Source of the DNA: an uncultured Acidimicrobiaceae bacterium
GTDB taxonomy: Bacteria; Actinomycetota; Acidimicrobiia; Spongiisociales; UBA5794
Assembly: GCA_964460075.1 (NCBI GenBank)
Contig: CAYWPC010000010.1
Location: 3,102 to 67,101, forward strand
DNA: 64,000 nt
Direction: 5' to 3'
Part shown: positions 30,203-40,150 of the stretch, in pieces
How the letters are laid out: each line of letters opens with the position of its first letter
How positions within the stretch are numbered: position 1 is the first letter of the stretch
Translations under genes and position numbers: made by a program
The notes under the pieces: model-generated
What the model saw: only the letters and a program-made list of their open reading frames with translations
What the model was told of the DNA's origin: nothing
Database searches by the model: none

Positions 30203-30838
30203 GTGACACAGGCCTCGGACGGCATCCCTCAAGGTTCTGCGACGCGGCGCGGGCAAGTGCGCCGAGAGCAGATCGTCACTGCTGCAACGGCCCTGTTCCA
30301 TCGAAACGGATTCCACGCCACCGGCATCGACGACATTGGCGCAGCCGCAGGGATCACAGGACCAGGGATATACCGCCACTTTTCGAGTAAGGACGAGATC
30401 CTCATGGTGGTGTTCGACCGAATTTGGTTGATCTTGCGTGACAGCATCCAGGCCGCCGCCCTACTTCCACCCCGTGAGGCACTCGAACTGCTCGTGGAGA
30501 CACATGTCGGATTCGTCGTTGATCATCGTGCAGCGACCACGCTTCTGCTGCACGAGCTTCGTTCACTCCCTGAGGACTACCAAGTGAAAGCGAGGCGAAA
30601 CGATGTCACATATCAGGATGCTTGGGCGATGGCGATCGTCGCGTGCAACCCACACCTAGGACTCGACGATGCCCGAATCGTCGCGAGGTCGTGCTTCTGG
30701 CTGATCAACTCGTTCGATGACGACTCGGACGCCGGACGCGTGCCTCCGGATCGTGCCAAGGAGCTGCTCACGTCAATGACGAACGGCGTTCTCACATCGC
30801 TCAACGCAGTGAACGCCGACGTTGGGCGATCGCAGTAG
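30203..30838 (+). CDS. TetR/AcrR-family transcriptional regulator
   Basis: N-terminal HTH AATALFHRNGFHATGIDDIGAAAGITGPGIYRHFSSKDEI. Confidence 0.93.
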   Translation: MTQASDGIPQGSATRRGQVRREQIVTAATALFHRNGFHATGIDDIGAAAGITGPGIYRHFSSKDEILMVVFDRIWLILRDSIQAAALLPPREALELLVETHVGFVVDHRAATTLLLHELRSLPEDYQVKARRNDVTYQDAWAMAIVACNPHLGLDDARIVARSCFWLINSFDDDSDAGRVPPDRAKELLTSMTNGVLTSLNAVNADVGRSQ

Positions 30839-30839
30839 G

Positions 30840-30947
30840 GTAAAATTATGCAATTCGGAACATTTATCCCACAGGGTTCGGTACGTCGAATTCCGAGCAT
30901 TGAGCGATACGTAAAATGATGCAATTCGGAACATTTATCCCACAGGG
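30840..30947 (+). repeat. 37-bp direct repeat (1 mismatch) separated by 34 bp; duplicates the 5' end of the downstream LLM gene
   Basis: GTAAAATTATGCAATTCGGAACATTTATCCCACAGGG (30840-30876) versus GTAAAATGATGCAATTCGGAACATTTATCCCACAGGG (30911-30947). Confidence 0.95.
30848..30919 (+). CDS. Putative 23-aa leader ORF MQFGTFIPQGSVRRIPSIERYVK; its stop overlaps the LLM start
   Basis: TAGGGT(30836-41)-N6-ATG(30848) fits a leaderless start; TGA 30917-30919 overlaps ATG 30916/30919. Confidence 0.4.
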   Translation: MQFGTFIPQGSVRRIPSIERYVK

Positions 30948-31905
30948 CTGGCGACTCGACCTCGCAGGTATCGACACAGCCGAGCACTGGGACACGATGG
31001 TCGCAACGACGAGGAGCGCCGAGTCTCTCGGGTTTAGCTCGGCGTGGGTGTACGACCACTTCCACACCGTGCCCGTACAAACGCAGGAGGCGACCTACGA
31101 GGCATGGACGCTCATGGCTGCGCTCGCCGGGGTCACCAACACCATCCGCCTCGGGCAGATGTGTACCTGCAACGGGTATCGGCAACCCTCGTATCTCGCA
31201 AAAGTAGCAGCATCGATCGACGTGATTTCGAACGGACGTCTCGAGATGGGCATTGGCGGCGGGTGGTACGAAGAGGAGTATGTGGCCTACGGATACCCGT
31301 TCCCGAAGCCGTCCGTCCGCCTCGGCGAACTTGACGAAGCGATCCAGATCATGCGAGCGATGTGGACCGAGGAGGAGGCAACATTCGACGGGAAGCACTA
31401 CACCGTCCAAGGTGCCATCTGCCAGCCGAAGCCGGTCCAGGAGCCGATGATCCCACTCTGGATCGCCGGTGGAGGAGAGCAACTTACGCTTCGGACGGCC
31501 GCGAGGTACGCCGACTACACGAATTTTGGGGGAACACTCGACTCGTTCAGCCACAAGTCGTCGGTTCTTGAACAGCACTGCGATCGAATCGGACGGGATT
31601 TCACAACGATCACGAGGTCCACGAACCTCAACGTGGCCATCGGCACAGACGAGGCAGAGGTGACGGCGAGCATCGAACGGATGCGAACTCGATTCAGCAC
31701 CGTGCTCGACGACCCCGCACTGGCGATCGATCGGCTGTTCGGTGGGATAGGCGCAGCGGTCGGAACGCCTGATCAGATCGTTGAGATGCTGAAGGCCTAC
31801 GAAGTAGCTGGCATGGGGTATGCAATCATCTACTTCCCCGATGCGGCGTACACCACCGAATCTGTAGAACTCTTCGCTGCCGAAGTGATGCCTGCGTTCG
31901 ACTGA
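30916..31905 (+). CDS. LLM-class F420-dependent oxidoreductase
   Basis: FGTFIPQGW, VYDHFHT, EAWTLMAALA, IRLGQM, YRQPSYLAK, GGWYEEEY and IAGGGEQLTL motifs. Confidence 0.92.
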   Translation: MMQFGTFIPQGWRLDLAGIDTAEHWDTMVATTRSAESLGFSSAWVYDHFHTVPVQTQEATYEAWTLMAALAGVTNTIRLGQMCTCNGYRQPSYLAKVAASIDVISNGRLEMGIGGGWYEEEYVAYGYPFPKPSVRLGELDEAIQIMRAMWTEEEATFDGKHYTVQGAICQPKPVQEPMIPLWIAGGGEQLTLRTAARYADYTNFGGTLDSFSHKSSVLEQHCDRIGRDFTTITRSTNLNVAIGTDEAEVTASIERMRTRFSTVLDDPALAIDRLFGGIGAAVGTPDQIVEMLKAYEVAGMGYAIIYFPDAAYTTESVELFAAEVMPAFD

Positions 31906-33207
31906 TCATTCCTCGCCGTCGTAGAACTGGGCTTGCTCTGTTGAGCCCTCCAACGCCAGCGTGGCCGCAGTACCTCCCGAGATCGTCTGACTTACCTGGT
32001 CGAAATAGCCTGCCCCAACTTCGCGTTGGTGGCGCGTAGCTGTGTAGCCGGCCGCCTCCATCGCGAATTCGGACTCCTGCAACTCGACGTACGCTTCCAT
32101 GCCACGCTCCGCGTAACTGCTTGCGAGGTCGAACATCGTTGCGTTGAGCGCATGAAATCCCGCGAGTGTGATGAACTGGAACCGGTATCCCATCGTCCCG
32201 AGCTCCTTTTGGAACGTCGCGATCGTCGCGTCGTCAAGATGACGCTTCCAGTTGAACGAGGGTGAACAGTTGTATGCGAGCATCTTGCCCGGGTACTGGT
32301 CGTGGATTGCCTCGGCGAACGTGGCGGCCTCTTCGAGGTCGGGAGTCGATGTCTCGCACCAAATCAGATCGGCGTACGGTGCGTAGGCGAGACCTCTCGA
32401 GATGGCTGCTTCCATTCCGTTGACGATCGTGTAGAAACCCTCGGCCGTGCGCTCGCCTGTGGTGAACATGCGGTCACGCTCATCGACGTCCGCCGTCAGG
32501 AGCGTCGAACCGAGAGAGTCGGTCCTCGCAACGACAAGGGTCGGTGTGCCCATCACGTCTGCGGCGAGCCGAGCCGCTTTGAGGGTTCTCACATGCTGGC
32601 GCGTCGGGACGAGCACCTTGCCACCCATATGACCGCATTTCTTCTCGGACGAGAGCTGGTCTTCGAGGTGAACCGCTGCTGCACCGGCATCGATGAAGGC
32701 CTTCGTCAACTCGAACGCGTTGAGTGCACCACCAAAGCCTGACTCGGCATCTGCGACAATCGGCACCATCCATTCGCGGGTGCCGTCACCTTCGGACCAC
32801 TCGATCTCGTCGGCGCGTTTGAGAGCGTTGTTGATACGCCGTACAAGAGCAGGTGCTGAGTTCGCGGGGTAGAGAGACTGGTCCGGGTACACCGAGCCGG
32901 CGAGATTCGCGTCGGCAGCAACCTGCCAACCAGAGAGATAGATCGCCTGCAAACCGGCCCTGACCATCTGGACTGCTTGGCCACCTGTCATAGCGCCGAG
33001 GGCGCTGATGTAGTCCTCGGCGTTCAAGATGCGCCACAGCCTCTCGGCCATCGCAGAGGCAACGGTATGTTCTTCCACGAAGGATCCCTGAAGTCTGACG
33101 ACGTCGGAGGGGGAGTAGTCCCGGCGTATCCCCACCCAACGCTCGTTCGTGTCCCACTCGTGTTGGATCGTTGCCGCCCGTGATGCGATCGTGTGTTCGT
33201 TGGTCAT
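31906..33207 (-). CDS. aceA: Isocitrate lyase
   Basis: [17 protein letters not shown], catalytic [23 protein letters not shown] and HQREVG motifs. Confidence 0.97.
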   Translation of the reverse strand: MTNEHTIASRAATIQHEWDTNERWVGIRRDYSPSDVVRLQGSFVEEHTVASAMAERLWRILNAEDYISALGAMTGGQAVQMVRAGLQAIYLSGWQVAADANLAGSVYPDQSLYPANSAPALVRRINNALKRADEIEWSEGDGTREWMVPIVADAESGFGGALNAFELTKAFIDAGAAAVHLEDQLSSEKKCGHMGGKVLVPTRQHVRTLKAARLAADVMGTPTLVVARTDSLGSTLLTADVDERDRMFTTGERTAEGFYTIVNGMEAAISRGLAYAPYADLIWCETSTPDLEEAATFAEAIHDQYPGKMLAYNCSPSFNWKRHLDDATIATFQKELGTMGYRFQFITLAGFHALNATMFDLASSYAERGMEAYVELQESEFAMEAAGYTATRHQREVGAGYFDQVSQTISGGTAATLALEGSTEQAQFYDGEE

Positions 33208-33229
33208 CGTCACTCCTGGTGTCGTTGCG

Positions 33230-34819
33230 TCAGGCATCGAGGATCTCGTAGGCAGGAAGGGTCAGGAACTCGGGGAACTCGTCAGAGAGCGCGACCTGCT
33301 CGAAGAGTGCCCTTGCTTCGTCGAAGCGAGATGCGTCATAGACCGCGTGGCCAAGCTCGGCGCGAACACGGTCGGTCTCTTCGTCTGCGATCTTGCGGAT
33401 GAGCTCGGGGGTGATCCGTGTGCCGTTCTCGGTCGACGAGGCAGAGTGCACCCACTGCCAGATCTGGGACCGAGAGATCTCAGCGGTCGCTGCGTCCTCC
33501 ATGAGGTTGTAGATCCCCGCCGCTCCGACGCCAGAGAGCCACGATGCGATGTAGCGGATCGCGATGTCGACGTTCTGCCTGACTCCGCCTTCCGTGATCG
33601 ATCCCCCTTGCACCGTGAAGTCGGTCAGATCTTCGACGGTGACTGCCACGTCATCGCGTTGCTTGGACAGTTGATTCGGGGCATCACCGAGAACGTCGTC
33701 GAAGATGCGGGTCACGAGCGGCACGAGATCGGGGTGTGCGACCCACGTGCCATCGCAGCCGTCGCCTGCCTCTCTCTCCTTGTCTTGCGTGACCTTGGCG
33801 AACGCGACTCGGTTGACCTCGTCGTTGCTCCTCGAAGGAATGAAGGCTGCCATTCCGCCCATTGCATGTGCGCCTCGCTTGTGGCACGTCTTGACTAGGA
33901 GCTCCGTGTATGCCCGCATGAACGGAACGGTCATAGCAATCTGTGCCCTGTCTGGCAGCGCTGGCACCCCAGCGGACCGGAACTTCTTTATGACGGAGAA
34001 GATGTAATCCCATCGACCGGCGTTGAGGCCACCGCAATGGTCGCGCAGTTCGTAAAGGATCTCGTCCATCTCGAATGCCGCGGGAATCGTTTCGATGAGA
34101 ACCGTTGCCCTCACGGTGCCGACGTCGATGCCGAGCACGTCCTGAGCATGTAGGAATACGTCGTTCCAGAGCCTCGCCTCGCGATGGCTCTCAAGCTTTG
34201 GAAGGTAGAAATACGGCCCAGAGCCTCGATCGATGAGAGCCGAGGCGTTGTGGAAGAAGTAGAGCCCGAAATCGAACAACGACGCCGAAACGGGAATGTC
34301 ATCGATCGTCACGTGGTGTTCGTCGAGATGCCAGCCTCTGGGCCTGACCATCAGCGTCGCGGTATCCGTGTCGAGTGCGTATTGCTTGCCCTGATCGTTG
34401 GTGAAGTCGATGCGCCCGCGGATTGCGTCGAACAGGTTGATCTGACCCTCGACCATGTTCGACCACGTTGGCGAGTTCGAGTCTTCGAAATCGGCCATAA
34501 ACACCTTCGCTCCGCAGTTCAACGCGTTGATGATCATCTTGCGATCGGTCGGGCCCGTGATCTCGCAGCGACGGTCGACCAGGTCGAGGGGTGCGGGCCG
34601 AACGGACCACTCGGCGGATCGCACGTTCGCTGTTGAGGTGAGAAACCCCAGGGGTGCGCCATCGTCGAACTGGATCTGACGCTCCCGTCTGATATCGAGG
34701 AGATGGAGTCGCGTTTCGTTGAATCGTGTGTGGAGATCCGCGACGAACTCGAGCGCGTCGTCAGCCAGCATGTCCGAGAAGTGGAGGCCCATCGGTCCCT
34801 CTATCGTGATGTCGTGCAT
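33230..34819 (-). CDS. aceB: Malate synthase A
   Basis: [36 protein letters not shown] and [14 protein letters not shown] motifs. Confidence 0.97.
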   Translation of the reverse strand: MHDITIEGPMGLHFSDMLADDALEFVADLHTRFNETRLHLLDIRRERQIQFDDGAPLGFLTSTANVRSAEWSVRPAPLDLVDRRCEITGPTDRKMIINALNCGAKVFMADFEDSNSPTWSNMVEGQINLFDAIRGRIDFTNDQGKQYALDTDTATLMVRPRGWHLDEHHVTIDDIPVSASLFDFGLYFFHNASALIDRGSGPYFYLPKLESHREARLWNDVFLHAQDVLGIDVGTVRATVLIETIPAAFEMDEILYELRDHCGGLNAGRWDYIFSVIKKFRSAGVPALPDRAQIAMTVPFMRAYTELLVKTCHKRGAHAMGGMAAFIPSRSNDEVNRVAFAKVTQDKEREAGDGCDGTWVAHPDLVPLVTRIFDDVLGDAPNQLSKQRDDVAVTVEDLTDFTVQGGSITEGGVRQNVDIAIRYIASWLSGVGAAGIYNLMEDAATAEISRSQIWQWVHSASSTENGTRITPELIRKIADEETDRVRAELGHAVYDASRFDEARALFEQVALSDEFPEFLTLPAYEILDA

Positions 34820-34930
34820 GGCACTCCTTTCGATCTCTCAACAGGAAAGACGAAAATTGCTGATTATGCGACCAGCCTGCAATAAAAGAAACGCTATACT
34901 TTCGCATGTTGGCGACAGATGGGCATTTTC

Positions 34931-36379
34931 ATGACGACGATCGATCCTCTGATGTTCGGACAGCGTGTTCGGCACTACCGCAAGAAGTCCAACATGACCC
35001 TTGACGACCTCGGGGCGATCGTCGGCAAGCCTGCTCCGTACCTGTCGTTGCTCGAGAACGGCAAGAAGGAACCGAAACTCGGTGTGATCAACGACCTGTC
35101 GATTGCCTTCGGTGTGGACGCCACTGACCTTCTGGCCCAAGAGGCACCGACACGGCGGGCCGAACTCGAGGTCATGATCGAGCGAGCGCAGCGTGACCAG
35201 GCCTACCGCGATCTCGGTCTTCCGTACTTCAGACCCGGCTCTCGCGTACCGGACGCGGCGCTCGAACACCTCGTCAGGTTGTATGAGGAGCTTCGTGGTC
35301 GGGACGCGGCAGCGAACTTCACCAGGGACGAGGCACGGGCGGCGAATGCGCAGCTACGAGCAGAGATGACATCACGGGGTAACTACTTTGCGGAGATCGA
35401 GAAGATTGCAGCCGAGGCGGTCGCAGCGATCGACTTCACGGGTCAAGGAGCGATGTCGAAGGGGGACTTGAACGCGCTCGCAGCTCATTTCGGGTTCAGG
35501 GTCATCCGTACCCAGGACATTCCTGCGTCGGTCCGCTCTGTGACCGATACGAGGAACGGGAAGATTTTCGTGCATGGTCGTGACAGCTTCGACTCCAAAC
35601 AGGCTCGTTCTGTGATCCTTCAAACGCTTGGCCATTTCGCTCTCGAGCACCCGGATCCGCAAGACTTTGGAGACTTCCTGCGTCAGCGTGTCGAGGTCAA
35701 CTACTTTGCTGGTGCGGTCCTTGTGCCTGAGGCATCCGCCAGCCGTTTCCTGCTCGATGCCAAAGCAGACCGAAACCTGTCGGTCGAGGACCTCAAGGAC
35801 CGATTCTTCGTGTCCTATGAGATGGCAGGCCACCGGTTCACGAATCTCGCAACGGAGCACCTCGACCTCGGCACGCACTTCGTGCGCTCTGACGATCAGG
35901 GCATTATCTGGAAGGCATACTCGAACAACGGTGTGCCGTTCCCTAAGAACTCCGCCGGCGCCATCGAGGGGCAGAGACTGTGCCATGAGTGGGGTACGAG
36001 ACAGGCGTTCACCTCTGACGCTCGCTTTACCATTCATTACCAGTACACCGACACCTCAGCCGGAACCTTCTGGTGCGCTACCTTCGTCGAGACGGCCCAC
36101 GAGCCGGCACATGCGATCACTGTCGGCGTCAGATTCGAGGATGCACGCTGGTTCAGGGGATGGAATACCGAGCGCCACACTGCGTCGAAGTGTCCTGATG
36201 GCGAGTGCTGCCGATATGTGAGCGAAGACGCAGCAGAGCGATGGAACGGATACGCCTGGCCCTCTGTTCGGCCAAACTCGCATGTGCTTGCTGCAATGCC
36301 TGTTGAGACGATCCCCGGCGCTGACATGGTGGAGATCTACGACTTCCTGACACAACAGGAGAGAGAGGCGTTCCACTAG
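34931..36379 (+). CDS. ramB: XRE/ScfR-family regulator (RamB/PrpR-like), divergent from aceB-aceA
   Basis: N-terminal XRE HTH (YLSLLENGK), IrrE-like central region (QTLGH, NYFAGAVL) and C-terminal Cys motif KCPDGECC; classic RamB position. Confidence 0.8.
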   Translation: MTTIDPLMFGQRVRHYRKKSNMTLDDLGAIVGKPAPYLSLLENGKKEPKLGVINDLSIAFGVDATDLLAQEAPTRRAELEVMIERAQRDQAYRDLGLPYFRPGSRVPDAALEHLVRLYEELRGRDAAANFTRDEARAANAQLRAEMTSRGNYFAEIEKIAAEAVAAIDFTGQGAMSKGDLNALAAHFGFRVIRTQDIPASVRSVTDTRNGKIFVHGRDSFDSKQARSVILQTLGHFALEHPDPQDFGDFLRQRVEVNYFAGAVLVPEASASRFLLDAKADRNLSVEDLKDRFFVSYEMAGHRFTNLATEHLDLGTHFVRSDDQGIIWKAYSNNGVPFPKNSAGAIEGQRLCHEWGTRQAFTSDARFTIHYQYTDTSAGTFWCATFVETAHEPAHAITVGVRFEDARWFRGWNTERHTASKCPDGECCRYVSEDAAERWNGYAWPSVRPNSHVLAAMPVETIPGADMVEIYDFLTQQEREAFH

Positions 36380-36519
36380 CGTTCCGTCAACACACCAGCC
36401 ATGTATCACCTTCGGGTACCGTTGCTCGAAGCGATACGGTCACAACGATGCTGAGGCATGAGGAGACGACGCAACCGATGTGGGCAGAGACGCACGCGCA
36501 GAAACACGAGTGCTGAGAC

Positions 36520-37449
36520 GTGACTTCGAGGCAGATCATCATCGATACCGATCCTGGCCAGGATGACGCCATCGCGATCTTGCTCGCGTTGGCGTCGCCG
36601 GAGATCGAAGTGACGGCGGTGACGACCGTTGCGGGAAATGTGCCACAGCCCCTCGTCACGGACAACGCGCTCGGTGTGCTCTCGCTCGCCGAGCGCGAAG
36701 ACGTTCCAGTGTTCCAGGGGTGTGAGCGACCGCTACTGAGAGATCTCGTGACGGCTGAGTATGTACACGGACCAACCGGTGTCGACGGCACGGTCCTTCC
36801 ACGTTCGCTGGTCGGTGTCGCTCAGGGCCACGCAGTGGATCACATTGTCAAAACGTGTTCGAGGGCTACGGATCGTTCTGTCACGCTGTGCCCGATCGGG
36901 CCGCTCACGAACATCGGTATGGCAATTGCGAAGGAGCCGTCGATCACCTCGAAGATACGCGAGATCGTATGGATGGGGGGTGCGTTCGATGAGCCTGGGA
37001 ACACCACAGAGGTTGCCGAGTTCAACGCCTACGTCGATCCACACGCTGCTCATATCGTGTTCACGGCTGGTGTCCCACTCACCATCTTCCCTCTCGATGT
37101 CACCCACAAGGCTCTGATGCTGCCACGCCATGTCGAGGCATTGGCGGGCTATGCGTCGCCGGTCGCGGTGGCAGCGTCCGGAATGATCAGGTTCTACGAA
37201 GCATATGACATTGGCAAGTACGACATACCTGGTGCACCCCTCCACGACCCGTGTGTTATCGCCTACCTGGTTGACCCTGCGATGTTCACAGGATCGCAAC
37301 ACCATGTAGCGATCGATACGGTGCATGAGGCGACGATCGGGAACACCTTTGTCGACGATCACAGCGGTGAGCCGAATGCAACGGTGATGTTGGACATCGA
37401 CGCAGAACGATTCTTCGAACTCGTCGTTGGACGGATCGGCGAATTGTGA
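36520..37449 (+). CDS. Nucleoside hydrolase (IU-NH family)
   Basis: DTDPGQDDA, GPLTN, MGG, AEFNAYVDP and LHDP motifs. Confidence 0.93.
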   Translation: MTSRQIIIDTDPGQDDAIAILLALASPEIEVTAVTTVAGNVPQPLVTDNALGVLSLAEREDVPVFQGCERPLLRDLVTAEYVHGPTGVDGTVLPRSLVGVAQGHAVDHIVKTCSRATDRSVTLCPIGPLTNIGMAIAKEPSITSKIREIVWMGGAFDEPGNTTEVAEFNAYVDPHAAHIVFTAGVPLTIFPLDVTHKALMLPRHVEALAGYASPVAVAASGMIRFYEAYDIGKYDIPGAPLHDPCVIAYLVDPAMFTGSQHHVAIDTVHEATIGNTFVDDHSGEPNATVMLDIDAERFFELVVGRIGEL

Positions 37450-38588
37450 CACGCCGTCCTCTCACCGGTCTCAGCGTCGTCGAGTTCGCCGGCATAGGCC
37501 CTGGTCCCTTCGTTTGCAACTATCTGGAGGATCTCGGAGCCACGGTGGTGCGTGTCGAACGAGCGGGTGGGGCGAACGCCCTCCCTGCAGCCATGGCTGC
37601 GATTGGACGCAGGCCGAGACCGACGTTGAGCCTGAACCTCAAGGACGACGAAGATCGATCGATCGCAACCACACTGATCGCCCATGCCGATGTCCTCGTC
37701 GAAGGGTTTCGACCTGGTGTTGCGGAACGTCTCGGTATTGGGCCCGAGCCGATGTGCGACGCCAACCCAGCGCTCGTCTACGCCAGGATGACTGGCTGGG
37801 GTCAGGACGGGCCCTACGCGCCGATGGCAGGGCATGACATCAATTACGCAGGACTGAGCGGAGCGCTCGCAGCGATCGGGACACGCGAGATGCCGATCCC
37901 GCCACTGAACCTGGTTGCCGACTATGGCGGTGGAGCGATGTTCGCCATAGCTGGGATACTCGCCGTGCTGTTCGCTCGATCATCAACGGACACCGGCGGC
38001 GTCGTCGACGTTGCAATGGTCGACGGCGTCGGAACCCTCATGGGACCCATACGCGACCTTGCAAACGCTGGCCAGTGGTCCGATGAGCGCCAGTCCAACT
38101 TCCTCGATGGAGGAGCACCGTTCTACGCGTGCTATCAGACATTGGATGATCGCTTCGTGGCTGTCGGTGCGCTCGAACCCCAGTTCTACTCGGAGCTCCT
38201 TCGGGGGCTTGGCCTGAACGAAGCAGATCTGGGTAACCGCTTCGATCGCACACAGTGGTGGCGTCTTCGGGAGCAGTTCGCCGCAGCGTTTGCTCAACGT
38301 ACGAGAGACGAGTGGACAGATATCTTCGATGGAACCGATGCATGCGTCACCCCGGTGCTCGGCCTCGACGAGGTGGCCTCACATCCGCACAACCAAGCGC
38401 GTGGGGCGCTGCGCTCCTCGCCAAACGGTCTTGTCCCCGCATCTGCGCCTCGCTTCTCGGGCTCTGGACCAACACGTAAGGCGGCGAAGCTCGACGAAGG
38501 GGCCGTCGTGGACACACTTGTCGGGATGGGATTGGACGGATCGGTCATCGGGGCAATGATCGACCACGGGACGTTGGACTGGGTGTGA
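37446..38588 (+). CDS. CaiB/BaiF family III CoA-transferase, alpha-methylacyl-CoA racemase-like
   Basis: GIGPGP, EGFRPGVAERLG, GHDINY, NLVADYGGG and LDGGAPFY motifs. Confidence 0.9.
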   Translation: MTRRPLTGLSVVEFAGIGPGPFVCNYLEDLGATVVRVERAGGANALPAAMAAIGRRPRPTLSLNLKDDEDRSIATTLIAHADVLVEGFRPGVAERLGIGPEPMCDANPALVYARMTGWGQDGPYAPMAGHDINYAGLSGALAAIGTREMPIPPLNLVADYGGGAMFAIAGILAVLFARSSTDTGGVVDVAMVDGVGTLMGPIRDLANAGQWSDERQSNFLDGGAPFYACYQTLDDRFVAVGALEPQFYSELLRGLGLNEADLGNRFDRTQWWRLREQFAAAFAQRTRDEWTDIFDGTDACVTPVLGLDEVASHPHNQARGALRSSPNGLVPASAPRFSGSGPTRKAAKLDEGAVVDTLVGMGLDGSVIGAMIDHGTLDWV

Positions 38589-38706
38589 AGTACAGGCGCA
38601 ACTTGGCCGATACAGGGCCGAAGCCACCGCGAATATGTGCAGTGAGGTGCATGAAGCGGCGAGCCGGGCATAATGCACAATATTCACGTGTCAGCGGGGA
38701 GGAACG

Positions 38707-40149
38707 GTGAGAGCTGTCGTGGTAGGTGCGGGTGCAAGTGCCCGCGAGCTGATCAGGCGTCTCGGCGATAGTTGGAGCGTCGTCGTTGTGGATACCGATC
38801 AGGATCGTCTCGATGCTGTGCGAGCGATCCGTGACGTCGAGACAGTCCTTGGCGACGGGTCAAGCGCCGTGGTGTTGCGAGAGGCCGGCGTGGCGAGTTC
38901 GGTGGCGGTCGTTGCGTCGGCAGGCTCCGATGACGTCAACCTCGAAGTTGCACGCTTGGCGCGGGACGCCGGCGTCGACCAGGTGATTGGACTGGTTCGG
39001 GATCTCGACCGCGTTGACGAATACCGTGCCCTTGATGTTGACGTCATCACACCGCCCCGACTTGCGGCGAGGGGTATGGAGATTGCAATGGAGCCGCGAA
39101 AGCTCGCGTCGACGACATTTGCCGAGGGTCGTGCCGAAGCAATCGAATTCGAGATCACTCCCGATTCCCCTGTGCAGGGAAGAGCGTTGAAAGAGATCCA
39201 TTCAGAGCTGTGGGTCGTCGCAGCGATCCTTCGAGATGGCAGCCTCATCGTGCCGCACGGCAACACGCGACTGCTGACTGGCGACAAGGTGACGGTTGTT
39301 GGATCGGCTGCCGACTTTGCCTACATGGTTCGCACGTTCTCGGGAGGTGTGTCGAGGTTCCCACTCAACTTTGGCAACAAGGTCGTCGTACCGCTCGCAA
39401 CCAAGGCTGACAGGGCTTCCGCGGTCAACGAGGCTGCGTACTTCGTGCGCAACTCGAACGCTGTTGCCTTGCTCGTTCTCCACCGCGACCCCGCAGCGAT
39501 ACGGAACCAGGAAGAAGCCGATGAGTTTGCGCGGCTCATAGACACGGTCAGTTCCGAGGAACTCGGTGTCGAGGTCGACCGACGCGTTGTTGCAGGTGAT
39601 CTGCTGCGTGCCTGTGTTGCTGTGGCTTCAGAAGAGAGCGTCGGCACGATCGTCACGTCGCTTCCCAGGCAGAACAGGTCTAGACCGTTTGCGAAGATCC
39701 CTTCGATTCTCAACGTTCTTGCTCAGGCGAGGGTTCCGATCCTCCTCACGAGGGGGGATGCCAAGTTCAACACGATCATTGCGCCGTCGCGCCGAACGGT
39801 TTCAGGTGACGTCGCGGGACGCGCCGCGATCGACATAGCGAAGCGATCGGGCGCGAAGGTCGTCGGCGTCGCTGCTGCCAACCCCGTCTTCATGGGGTCG
39901 GACGACCTCAAAGAGAAGCGGGGTGCAACCGCTTGGCTCCGTAGGGAGGCAGCAGTCCAAGAGGTTGATGTTGAGCGTCACGTCGTTCGAGGTAATCCGA
40001 TCAAGGTACTCGCAGAAGTCACCGCTCGTGACACGCTGCTCGTCGTCTCGATGCCCAAGACACCGATCAGAAGGTTCCGGCCTGGGACAGCGGTGTGGGC
40101 CGCCGCGCGGGGAGAGGGATCAGTGATCTTCGTACCGGTATCGGAGTGA
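38707..40149 (+). CDS. TrkA-type RCK_N/RCK_C protein fused to two USP-like domains
   Basis: VVVGAG, LGDGSS and DDVNL (RCK_N); VAAILRDG-VPHG-LLTGDKV (RCK_C); then two USP-like repeats ending in VVRGNPIKVL and AVWAAARGEGSVIFVP. Confidence 0.75.
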   Translation: MRAVVVGAGASARELIRRLGDSWSVVVVDTDQDRLDAVRAIRDVETVLGDGSSAVVLREAGVASSVAVVASAGSDDVNLEVARLARDAGVDQVIGLVRDLDRVDEYRALDVDVITPPRLAARGMEIAMEPRKLASTTFAEGRAEAIEFEITPDSPVQGRALKEIHSELWVVAAILRDGSLIVPHGNTRLLTGDKVTVVGSAADFAYMVRTFSGGVSRFPLNFGNKVVVPLATKADRASAVNEAAYFVRNSNAVALLVLHRDPAAIRNQEEADEFARLIDTVSSEELGVEVDRRVVAGDLLRACVAVASEESVGTIVTSLPRQNRSRPFAKIPSILNVLAQARVPILLTRGDAKFNTIIAPSRRTVSGDVAGRAAIDIAKRSGAKVVGVAAANPVFMGSDDLKEKRGATAWLRREAAVQEVDVERHVVRGNPIKVLAEVTARDTLLVVSMPKTPIRRFRPGTAVWAAARGEGSVIFVPVSE

Positions 40150-40150
40150 C

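Noticed and set aside
30840-30947. CRISPR mini-array (37-nt repeat, 34-nt spacer)
   Set aside because: Only two repeats, the repeat is the coding start of the LLM gene, it has no palindromic repeat structure, and no cas1/cas2 or effector genes are in the window.
34850-34915. RamB/ScfR operator (TTTGCAAA-type) between aceB and the regulator
   Set aside because: Only degenerate GC-centred words (TATGCGAC, CCTGCAAT, TTCGCATG) with inconsistent spacing; it cannot be called from one sequence.
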